This document shows, piece after piece, positions 35,551-45,900 of a stretch of DNA of 64,000 bases. Where the stretch lies: NCBI GenBank assembly GCA_964035545.1, contig OZ037767.1, positions 7,022,707 to 7,086,706 of the forward strand. Direction: 5' to 3'. The position numbers and the translations under genes were made by a program. Positions within the stretch are counted from its first letter, which is position 1. The number at the start of each line of letters is the position of its first letter. The notes beneath the pieces are model-generated. The model was not told where the DNA came from. It ran no database searches and was given only the letters and a program-made list of their open reading frames with translations. The stretch is from Bugula neritina (taxonomy: Eukaryota; Animalia; Bryozoa).

Positions 35551-38500
35551 CCTGTATGGCGGAGCATGCGGAAACTGTACGAGTAGTACTGAACGCCAAG
35601 TACTGGCTCAACTACTCGCGGAGTACAGTGATGTCTTCAGTCGTGGCGATGGAGACATGGGGCTGACTAAGGTTATCTCCCACGAGATACCTCTGGCAGC
35701 CGGCACCACTCCCATCAGGCAGCCTACCCGACGTCTGGGCCCGGAGAAGGAGAAGGAGGTGAGCCGACAGGTACAGGATCTTCTGGACCGGGATCTGATT
35801 GAGCCTGCCCACGGTGCGTGGAGCTCCCCAGTGGTCCTGGTCAAGAAGAAGGATGGTAGCTGGAGATTCTGCGTGGACTACCGCAGACTCAACAGCGTTA
35901 CCATCCAGGACGCCTACCCTCTCCCACGGATAGATGAGTCTCTGGATGCCCTCGCGGGTAGCAAGTACTTCAGTACTTTGGATCTGCTTAGCGGGTACTG
36001 GCAAGTGCCCCTCAGTCCTGATGCCCAGGACAAAGCAGCATTCAGTACTCGCGACGGGCTCTGGAAGTGGAAAGTACTGCCATTCGGACTAACGTCCGCT
36101 CCGGCAACATTCCAACGGCTCATGGAGCAAGTCCTCAGTGGGTTACACTGGAAGACCCTCCTCATCTATCTGGACGATGTCATTGTCATCTCCCCAGACT
36201 TTTCGACTCATGTCAGTCGTCTGCGGGAGGTCTTTGACCGTCTCCGGGCAGCCGGACTGAAGCTGAAGCCCTCCAAGTGCGCACTCCTGCAGCCAGAAGT
36301 CACATACCTGGGCCATGTGGTTGGCCGTGATGGGGTCGCTACCGATCCAGAGAAGGTACAAGCTGTGAAGGAGTGGACTGTCCCCCGCGACCTCTCTGAG
36401 TTGCGTGCATTCCTGGGCCTAGTAGGGTACTACCGGCAGTACATACCTGGTTTCGCAGGAGTGGCTCAGCCGTTAAATCGGCTGACCGCAAAGGGAGTCC
36501 AGTGGCAGTGGACACAGGAGGAACAGCAGGCATTCGACCACCTCAAGCAACGACTAATGGAAGCGCCAATCCTGGCGTATCCTGATCCAGCCAAGGAGTA
36601 CATCCTGGACACCGACGCCAGCGACCACAGCGTGGGAGCCGTCTTGTCTCAAGTCCAGGGTGGAAGTGAGGTGGTCGTGGCTTACTATAGCAAGACTCTC
36701 GCGGCCGCCGAGAAGAACTACTGCACCACTAGGAAGGAACTCCTAGCAGTAGTCAAGGCGGTCAAGCACTTTCGGCCATATCTGTATGGGAAATCGTTCC
36801 GTCTGCGAACAGACCATGCATCACTGATATGGCTGTGTAAACGTGCAGAGCCCTCGAGCCAGGTGGCTCGTTGGCTAGAGATTCTTGCTGAGTTCTCTTA
36901 CCGGATAGAGCACCGTGCAGGCCGGAAGCATGGGAACGCCGACGGCATAAGCCGCCGGCCGGTAGAGGACTGTAAGCAATGCCTACACATTGAACAGCGG
37001 GACGGGGGACCCGCTCGCCTTGACGTGGAAGCAGGACTAGTGGAGGGCACCACCTACCAGTGGGAGCACGGCCATCTTCGGACCGAAACCCACCAGGACG
37101 GTGTCCAGGCACTCCACGCCAACCCTACTCTGCACCAGAACGTCAAGGAGCTGTGCCGACTCCAGGAGACGCTACCCGGCGCGGTAGCGGACATCTTCCG
37201 GGCCAAGAAGGAGGGCCGACGGCCTAGCGAGGAACAGCAGCAACAGGGGGACGTTGAGTTCCAACTCCTCTGTCGTCGCTGGGATGCCCTCAAGGTCAGT
37301 CCCGATGGCCTCCTGATGATAACGTTAGCAGCAGACAACCGCCAGCAGAAGAGGGACCGCGTCGTCTGTCCACGCGCCCTCCGGCGGGAACTGATCTGGG
37401 ACACCCATAAGCAGGCTCATGCTGGAGTCAGTCGGGTCATCAGGTGTCTGCGGCTACGTTGGTATTGGCCCGGAATGACTCGGGACGTACGACTGCGGGT
37501 ACGGCAATGCGAGGTCTGCCAAGCTAGCAAGCATGGCCGCCCCACGGAAACCACTGGTCGACGCCGGCTGTACGCTGGTCGACCGTGGCAAGTAGTGGCG
37601 GTAGACCTCGTCGGGCCTATGCCGTTATCCGCCAGAGGGAACACCTGGATACTGGTGCTCACGGACCACTTTACCCGGTGGGCGGATGCTCTGGCTATTC
37701 CAGACGCCACCGCCCCCACGGTGGCCCGGACCCTGGACCAACATGTATTCTGTTACCTCGGTTTGCCCGAGCAGATACATACAGACCAGGGTGCCCAGTT
37801 CCAGTCCCAGCTCATGGGAGACCTCTGCCGGATATGGGGGGTGAACCAGAGTCGGACCACCCCATATCACCCGCAAGGGAACGGAGTCGTCGAGCGGAAC
37901 AACAGGATGTTGGGTGACGCGCTCCGGAGCCTGCTGCTTGGTCGAGGTCAGGAAGAATGGGACGTGGTGCTGCCGCAGATCATGCGGGCTTACCGCAGCA
38001 CACCACACTCCGCCACGCAGGAGACCCCAAACTTCCTGATGTTAGGCCGAGAGACGCGGGTCCCGGAACACCTGACGTACCATGTTCCTGCCCCCGAGTC
38101 ACCGGTACACGAATATGTGGAGGGTCTGATGGACATCATGGGCAAAGCTCATGATGCGCTGCGCACCCAGCAGTGGCAGACCCGCACAGAGGACTCAGAG
38201 GAGCCCCCGTTGTACCAAGTGGGAGACTGGGTCTGGATGGTGAGTTACCGTAGGCGGCGCGGACAGTCGGCTAAGCTTCAGCCCAAGTTCGTCGGCCCCT
38301 ACTGCGTAGTAGAGGTGCTGCCCAACCACACATACCGTGTGGAGCGCTCTGGACAGGTCTCTGTCCAGAGCGAGCAGCGCCTCAAACCTTACCATGCCAG
38401 CCCAGACGCGGTGGGTCAGGCTCCACCCCTCTTGGAGCCCCACCGTCAGCCCAACCGTCGTGGACGGGCCACCCAGCCCCGTGAGGTGGAGATTATGGTC

Positions 38501-38809
38501 CCCAGGGAGGCGGACCAGGAGCAGGCTGCCCTGATAGAGCAGCTGGAGCGACAGCAGAGAGCGGAGCGGGAGCAGGAACAGCGGCAAGCCCTTGGATCAC
38601 AACCCTTCCTGGGGGAGGACACCCCCACCCCCGTACGGGGTGAAGACGGGGACCCCCCTACTAGGGCAGCCCAGGAGCCACCAACACCATCAGAGTCTGT
38701 TCCACTTGAGAGGAGCCAGCGGCCAAGAAGACCTCCCAGGTACCTGGCAGACTATGCTGTGGGGCACCTGGAGGGGCCCCCTCCTGAGGACGACCCCCCC
38801 CCACACTGA
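35483..38809 (+). CDS. pol: Pol: reverse transcriptase, RNase H and integrase (+1 frame relative to protease)
   Basis: RFCVDYRRLN, LPFGL, YLDD (RT); ILDTDAS, RKELLA, RTDH (RNase H); H-x3-H...CEVC, VDLVG/TDQG/VERNN (DDE) and GPY (integrase). The real homology starts near 35540; the GTG at 35483 is not a likely start. Confidence 0.95.
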   Translation: MWVRRWRQWPTPRETPLTPDVADLYGGACGNCTSSTERQVLAQLLAEYSDVFSRGDGDMGLTKVISHEIPLAAGTTPIRQPTRRLGPEKEKEVSRQVQDLLDRDLIEPAHGAWSSPVVLVKKKDGSWRFCVDYRRLNSVTIQDAYPLPRIDESLDALAGSKYFSTLDLLSGYWQVPLSPDAQDKAAFSTRDGLWKWKVLPFGLTSAPATFQRLMEQVLSGLHWKTLLIYLDDVIVISPDFSTHVSRLREVFDRLRAAGLKLKPSKCALLQPEVTYLGHVVGRDGVATDPEKVQAVKEWTVPRDLSELRAFLGLVGYYRQYIPGFAGVAQPLNRLTAKGVQWQWTQEEQQAFDHLKQRLMEAPILAYPDPAKEYILDTDASDHSVGAVLSQVQGGSEVVVAYYSKTLAAAEKNYCTTRKELLAVVKAVKHFRPYLYGKSFRLRTDHASLIWLCKRAEPSSQVARWLEILAEFSYRIEHRAGRKHGNADGISRRPVEDCKQCLHIEQRDGGPARLDVEAGLVEGTTYQWEHGHLRTETHQDGVQALHANPTLHQNVKELCRLQETLPGAVADIFRAKKEGRRPSEEQQQQGDVEFQLLCRRWDALKVSPDGLLMITLAADNRQQKRDRVVCPRALRRELIWDTHKQAHAGVSRVIRCLRLRWYWPGMTRDVRLRVRQCEVCQASKHGRPTETTGRRRLYAGRPWQVVAVDLVGPMPLSARGNTWILVLTDHFTRWADALAIPDATAPTVARTLDQHVFCYLGLPEQIHTDQGAQFQSQLMGDLCRIWGVNQSRTTPYHPQGNGVVERNNRMLGDALRSLLLGRGQEEWDVVLPQIMRAYRSTPHSATQETPNFLMLGRETRVPEHLTYHVPAPESPVHEYVEGLMDIMGKAHDALRTQQWQTRTEDSEEPPLYQVGDWVWMVSYRRRRGQSAKLQPKFVGPYCVVEVLPNHTYRVERSGQVSVQSEQRLKPYHASPDAVGQAPPLLEPHRQPNRRGRATQPREVEIMVPREADQEQAALIEQLERQQRAEREQEQRQALGSQPFLGEDTPTPVRGEDGDPPTRAAQEPPTPSESVPLERSQRPRRPPRYLADYAVGHLEGPPPEDDPPPH

Positions 38810-38873
38810 CTGTCACCCCATCTTGGTTGGAAATTCCCTCCATCACCCCGGAGAATTCCACCAAGAAGAAGAA

Positions 38874-40343
38874 ATGGCCGACCGAATTTCGGAAGACACT
38901 CGATCACGCGAGTTGTCTTTTCAAAATCCGGGGGAAATTCCCACGAGCCACGCGACTCGGACTTCAGCAGGTAAAACTTCTGAAGCACGAGGTTCGGCCA
39001 TTTCTCATTCTGACTTCACACGGCTCGCACGGCAGTTGCAACTCAAACTAAATTCTGATTCTAATACTCATTTTGATTTTATCACTGTTCTCCGTACGCT
39101 ATCAGCAGCTATGGGAATTACTCTACCAGATACACAATCAGGTATTTCTTCTAGATTAGATCCTCCAGTTGCGGAGTCTAGTCAAACTACAGTAGACTGG
39201 TCTTTACTAGACTTACTTGGTTCTGATTTCTTAGAACCGGAGGCCGAGATGGATCTTGGAGATGACTCTGCCATTGATACTTTGTTGAATCACGATGTAG
39301 GCTCAGTCAATTTCTGCGATACACCTCGGCCCTCGGTTTTTAACTTATCTCCATACACACCTGTGCCGAATTTCGGCGATAGTGAGACCGGCTTCTCACA
39401 GCCTCTACTATCTATTCTAGAGGAGCGAATGGACGTTGAGGAGGCCAGTCGGTCCGACTCCCCTCTCCCACCGGCCCTTGCTTCGGCTTCTACCAGCCAG
39501 CAGGCCGCCACCTCCTCCACAGAGGTGTGTTCCGCCATCGTTGGCCCTGACCCCAAACCGGTCGAGCTTCAGCTCACGGCCGGGGAGGAGCAGGGCATCC
39601 TACACGGCGACCACCTGCCAGCAGAAGAAGATACCTCCCCAATACTGGCCCTGCCTCGGGCCCTGGTCGCCCGCCAGTATTGAGTGACTGGACCCACCAA
39701 TCTAAAAATTGGCGATGCTTGCGGTGAGCCGGGCAACCGCATCTGCCATGAGTGTAAGAGGAAATTCTCCTCTGCACGGCGGCTGCGCGTACACGCCCCA
39801 CAGCACTACATCAACGTGTTTTGCCCGTGTGGGGAGTTCTCCTACCAGAGAGACTATGTGTTGAGACATCAACGCATAGCTCACTGCCACACGGGCTACA
39901 CGTTTGCTGTAGACCAGGCCTCCTTTCCCGAATTTCGGGACCTGGTGCTGCCACACGTGGCGGATCCCCACAAACGGGCTGCTCTCGCCCTGGGATTCCC
40001 CGCGTGTAGGCCTGTTCGGGAGGAAGAAGGGGAGCCCGCCGCGACACCCCAACCGGCAGCCACCCAGCCACTTCGGGTCATGCTGGCACGGGTCGGACCA
40101 GGTGCCAGGGCCGATTCATCGGACCTGGGCCCCCGACCCTCGGCGGCGGGCGAGAAGCAGACGCACCGCCAGCGACGTCCTGCCCGTGGTACCACCGACC
40201 ACCCTAGGCACCAGACGTCGGCTCAGTTGGCAGAGGAGGTACACCAGTTACGCCGGCAGCTCCGCCGATATGAAGAGGAGCTGGGGCAACTCCGGAGACG
40301 AGTTAGCCGCCTGGAGCGGGGTCGGTCTGGCGACCGCCGCTGA
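38874..40343 (+). CDS. Retrotransposon ORF3: acidic region + two C2H2-type zinc fingers + coiled coil, interrupted by one in-frame TGA (39681-39683)
   Basis: GAAATGG start at 38874. Track ORFs 38592-39683 and 39684-40343 are in the same frame and abut. CHECKRKFSSARRLRVHAPQH (C-x2-C-x12-H-x3-H), CPCGEFSYQRDYVLRHQRIAH and the heptad repeat LAEEVHQLRRQLRRYEEELGQLRRRVSRL. Confidence 0.8.
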
Positions 40344-40624
40344 GACTATTTGTATAGTATTTTCTTTCCTATTCTTATTTTTTTTTTTGTTTATTATATG
40401 TGTGTAAGTTCTTCATGTAATGTATGTACCTACTCATGCTCTGTTTTTCTTGTGTGTGCACAAATTTTTCCTGTTTTTTTTTGTTATCATTGTATTATTA
40501 CTATCACTGCATGTTTACCATATTTTTTTCTGTGTGTTACTTTCAACTGTGTGTTTTATTGTCGTGTCATTCCCTGTTGTGTGTTTGTGTTGTGTACGCC
40601 TCTTTATCGGAAAGCATGCTTTCC

Positions 40625-40637
40625 GATGGGGGGTGTG
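40625..40637 (+). promoter_or_regulatory. Polypurine tract region
   Basis: GATGGGGGGTGTG immediately 5' of the 3' LTR. Confidence 0.75.
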
Positions 40638-41029
40638 TGTGGTAAAATTATGTTGTGTGTGTGTGTCCTTTGTTACCGAGATCGGTACTTCGGTCCTCCG
40701 AAACACCGATATGCCGATTCTCGGCATATCGGAATACCGAAGTACCGAAATGCCGGATTCGGCATTTCGGATTCCCGAAGTACCGATATTCGGTATTTCG
40801 GGCCTCCGATCTCGGCAAACAAAGGAATGTCTTTGTCCTGCATGTATATAAAAGCCAGCGAGTTCCAGTATAGTTCAGTCTACTACTGGAGCTCGCTGGA
40901 TAAAGACCATTGATTCACTCGGACTATACTACAATAAAGATTATCTACATTTTACCATATTTCTCGCCTTGTTTCTCATACAAGCATGTAACAGCACTAG
41001 TTTCATTCACAATCCACAAAACTATCACA
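40638..41029 (+). repeat. 3' LTR (392 bp)
   Basis: Direct repeat of 33060-33451, followed by TSD ATAT. Confidence 0.98.
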
Positions 41030-42243
41030 ATATTAACTGTAGAGTTTCATAATCTTTCATTATAAAAAATTCCACAACTACACTAATAAACTTGCCACAA
41101 CTATTCCATTGCAATTACTAAATTAAAATTAGCATTAACCACTAGGACTAGTAATAGTAGCAGCTGTAGGGACTGGGCCTAAAATAAATGTATTTTTGTC
41201 ACCAACAGATGTCACGCGGCAACATAACTTATGTGTTGAAGTGGTTTTGTAGCCATCCTCATCGAAAAAAATGTAAATTAAATTATTTTAATAAATGTTT
41301 AAAATTAAATTTAAAATTAGCAAAAATTTCAATAATTCAAAAAAAATTTACGGTTTTTAAAAATGCTAAAGTAATAACATTAATATTGTAGCACCCCAGT
41401 TTTTAATCGCTAATTTTCAGCACGAGAACTTGGCTAGCTGAATTGCAGATCGCAGTTGCCATTGCAAATGTGAAATACTAAATAGTTATCATAACATTGG
41501 TGATTGCCATTTTAATTGCTGAACAAAATTTTTATCAGCAATTGAAAGCAGTTGCTGTAAGCTATTTTTATTAGCTTCTCTAAGGTTTAACTTTAAATTA
41601 TAAATATAATAATTTTAATTTAAACTTTAATTATTTATTTAATTAATAATTTTATAATTATATTAATATTAAATTATTAAATTTGATATTTATTTATTAT
41701 ACTTTTAGTTTTACTCTTGTAGTAATACTAATTGTTAATTTAAATGCCATATTGATGTTCATCTTTATATTGAATTGTATATCTATATAAAATTAAATGT
41801 GTTTATTTTATTCAATTATTGCGGTTGCCCAGCCCCATGGGCCATGGCCATTGGATTTGCCATTTGGTATATTAATTTATAATTAGAATTTATGTTCATG
41901 ATAGTTGAAGTTCATGTTGATATACTTCATTAATTAGTTTTCCAGTCTTTAAATAAATTTAACTCCAAGCTTTAAACTTGAATTCTTAAAGGAAAATGAA
42001 CTACATAATCATATTCATAACGATAATTATCTTAAACTGAAACTTTTAGGCAAATGTCAACTATTTGGCTAGTAGTACTACTACTAGTAATAGTACATTT
42101 ACTATCAATATGTTAATGATGTTTATAGTTTAGACTTTAGAACAATAGTATAATTAGTATGTTTATACAAGCGAAATTCTATCATTAAATCTATTTGTGA
42201 CAACATTTGTTCAACCAAAAATCTCTATTTTGAAAATTTAAAT

Positions 42244-42682
42244 GGTTTCGTCCGACTTAGATTCTTCCCACTTCGACGATTTTTTTATTTTGGTACAATA
42301 TATAGTACTAATATACAAATATAACTGTTGCATTTACTGCTAAACATGAAATAAGCTACCAAGCCAGCTATTTACTTTAACTCAATACTAATTTAGCTAC
42401 AGTTTATTTATTCAGAAAAACAGAATAAAATGCATAAATGCATTTCATGGTATATCACATACTGCTATATTACAACTTTTTCTAATTATATTTTGTCTAT
42501 CTTTTACCTTTAAGCTTAAGGTTTGTGCAAGATGGCTTCTTATAGAAGCATTGTTACTGTAAGTGGCTTGCTAGTGGCTTCTTTGCTTTCTATTATGTGC
42601 TAAATAATAGCATAAAATACATATATTACACTAAAATCTATAAAAATCGTCCAAGTGGGAAACGTCTAAGTGGGATGACACC
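42244..42682. mobile_element. MITE (439 bp) with about 41-bp imperfect TIRs and flanking ATTTAAAT
   Basis: Left end GGTTTCGTCCGACTTAGATTCTTCCCACTTCGACGATTTTT; reverse complement of the right end GGTGTCATCCCACTTAGACGTTTCCCACTTGGACGATTTTT. ATTTAAAT at 42236-42243 and 42683-42690. Confidence 0.8.
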
Positions 42683-42953
42683 ATTTAAATCACAGGTGAA
42701 ACTATTTTCTGCAAATCAAATATTGAGTCAATTTTTCATTTACTCATAAATTTTTGTTGCCTTGATGCAAATGCATTTGAAATCAAAACTGCCTTTGCTA
42801 TTCCAATTTGCTACAAACGTAAAATTAATTACTTCAGCTTATTTTCGTGTTCTAAAATTTGCCAAACCTTTCAAGTTTCAGTTTACACATAGTGTTATTA
42901 CACTAACTAGACATTTACGTTAACGCTGTGAATGAGTCCGACAGTGATACAAA

Positions 42954-45900
42954 ATGGCAGACGAAGTGTCAAATGGTCCCGATATGCCAGCAGCTACCAC
43001 TGTTAATGAGCAAGCTATTGAACAAGCTGAGAGAGTCAAGGAAACTGCCAACGAGTACTTTAAAAGTAAATGCACAAATACTATAATTATTGCCATACAC
43101 TTTATGATAATACTAAGAGTCTGTCCATATCTGTACGTTTCTGTTAAAATTGCATTTATTTTACATCATCTCTGTTTTTAAGAACTGGTGACGTTTACAA
43201 ACAAGATACCTCTTGCATTTTCAAAAACATCTAAATTATTAAATATATATTACGTTCAAAATGCAATATGCAGAGTTTCACCAGTCAGAAGATAGTCGTG
43301 TTGAAAACAATACTGTTTTATTTGTTTTTCATATTGATTTATGTTATTAAGACGGCAGATATCAATAGTTTTTTTCTATGAGAATGTCTCAATATGGACA
43401 GACCTTAGTAGTAGCACAGTACCAGAAGCAGTATTACTTCCTTAATACTTGAACTTTTGCAATAAATTGATCAGTCTGACTCATGAACTACTGAAATACT
43501 ACTATAAACATTAGTCAATTTGAGGTAATAGAAGGGATAAATTTAGAATTATTTTCATAATCATATTTTTAAAGTCATAGAATAACATATTTCCTTGTAT
43601 GGATTTATAGTTATGTCTAATCAATATACTGATAATACATGTGTGCCAAAATTAGTAATACCAAAACAGGGTTACGACTACTAATAATTATTATTAAATC
43701 AATTATGTTTTTTCACACTTGCAATTAGTATTTGCAAGAGAAATTTGCAAATATTTCCAGTTAATAAGAACAATAAACTTATTCAGTTACTTTTCTTTAC
43801 TGACTAAATATTAATGTTTGCAGTAGGGTAGGTCTATTTAGTTTCAAACTTTTAAAATTTCCTAAAAATCAAGTTTTCATTGAATTTATAAAGTAGTGTA
43901 GTTATCCGATTGAATTTTAATAACTTTGACAACTTTTTTTTTCAAGAATTCATGTTTTGATTGGCAGGTATTTAATGAATATTTGTAGGAATATGTGGGC
44001 CCAGTTGTGTCCTTAGACTTAAGATACATGTATGGTTACGGTTACTGCTCTCTCCTCCCTAAAGCCGGCAAACTTGAATTTTGTAGATCAAAACTATGAC
44101 GAAGCTATCAAGTTTTATACTCAAGCTATTGAAATCAACCCAAATGTTGCTGCATATTATGGAAACAGGTCTTTTGCATATATTAAAACAGAATGCTTTG
44201 GCTACGCCCTGGAAGATGCAAACAAAGCCTTGCAGCTGGACCGAGCTTTCTTAAAGGTGAGAACCAGGTTAAAAATGTTTCCATTTTTTCAAAAGTTGTC
44301 TTGCATTTAAGAGACAGTCTAACAGTCTGTTGGAACGATTATTCAAGATTCTTTAAATTATAATTTGTGATTTTTACTGGTTTTCCGGTAAATATATTAT
44401 GTTATAAGTAAACACTGCTGTAGTAAGTAGCTAGTAGCTGCTAAAGGAAATTTTGTATTTGAGTTTTTTTTGTTAGTCAGTATTTAGTCTATTGATTTAG
44501 TTGAATGCATTGAATCATTTTAGTGAAGTATCCAAAACTGTCAAAGTTTAATATCGTTCTTTTTGTAAAACTTTTGTACTATGCATCCACCACTAAAAAC
44601 TTTGTATTGTAAGTTGACACAGTTTCTTGTTCTAATCAATAAGATAATTTAGTTGACTAGTTGAATTTAATTCTACCTGTTGTTGGTGTAATTCTAGTGT
44701 CATGCCTTTGGCATTTTTATTAACCATGAAATATTCCTGTATATATAACGGTTTTAACTTTGAAGATGATCATAATGACAGTTGAGATATTAATGTAAAT
44801 GTTTAATAAGGTTTAGCTTATACGGCCTCAAAACAAAGAACAGATGTTCTAAGCTACCTGTTAGAGGGTTTGTGCCGAATACTTACTCTGTTTCACGTGA
44901 TATACTTGTAGGCTTACTATAGAAGAGCGTGTGCTAACATGGCGTTAGGAAAATTCAAGTTGGCTCTAAAAGATTTTGAAGCAGTGAGTCTAAAACTATT
45001 GATAGCGTCATTATCATTTACTGGTTACATACAATATGTCTCGTGAGGATAATTTCTTTCTGTGTTCAAAGACCCTAATCCGTAGTGTTAAACCAGTGGG
45101 TGAAACTGCAACAGCTACCAGCATAGCTGCTGTGTTTCACATTCCGCTCTGTTGCTAGCATTGATCAAGGTTAAGGGCCATGGCTTACCATCAAGGAGTT
45201 GTAATTCCATGGATATAAGTTAACTTAAAGTAGTTTTTGGTTAAATTGATAACGTTTGTAAAAGCCAGTCTTCATTTACAAATATTGTAGTCAGTTAATG
45301 TTTGCAATGCTGTTCAGGTTCATAAAGCTAGACCCAATGATAAAGATGCTAAGAATAAATACAAGGAGTGCGACAAAATCGTGAAGCAAAAGGCGTTCGA
45401 GAAAGCGATTTCCGTGGATTCTAAGAAGACTGACTTAGCCTTAGATATAGAGTCTACACTTGATGCATTGAGTGAGTGGGCAGCTTGCAACACTACTTAT
45501 TCCCAATACTGCTTACATATATGTCTACCGTGCCTATGTACTCATTTTACAATCTCAATAATATCACAATATTTGTTTAGTAAGTCTAGCTGTAAAACAG
45601 ACATTTATTACAGGTTTACATACTGACTTGAAACGCCAAAATATTACAAACGTAATATGCTGTTGTGTTGGTAAATAGTTTTGATTGCTGAACTCTATCT
45701 GGTTTTATTCTTCCTTGAAACAGCCAACATCACTACTGCCAGTTTACTTGCTGTAGGAGTACCACCTGAATATGATGGACCTCATCTAATCAATGGCCAA
45801 GTGACTGAAGAGTTTATGGAGGATTTGCTGATAGCTTTCCGAGACTGTAAGAAGCTTCACCAGAAATATGCATATCAGGTATTTACAACCCACAGTACGA

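Larger units (their letters stand above)
33060..41029 (+). mobile_element. Full-length Ty3/Gypsy LTR retrotransposon (7970 bp) with an extra ORF3
   Basis: Two 392-bp TG...CA LTRs, TSD ATAT (33056-33059 and 41030-41033), PBS, PPT, gag, then PR-RT-RNaseH-IN domain order. Confidence 0.98.

Noticed and set aside
33472-40195. Numerous antisense and alternative-frame ORFs inside the Gypsy element
   Set aside because: They are expected shadows of GC-rich coding sequence; all are short and have no recognisable domains.
38592-40343. ORF3 as an envelope gene, or a chromodomain at the end of pol
   Set aside because: No signal peptide, transmembrane helix or fusion-peptide pattern is visible, and the integrase tail is low-complexity rather than a chromodomain.
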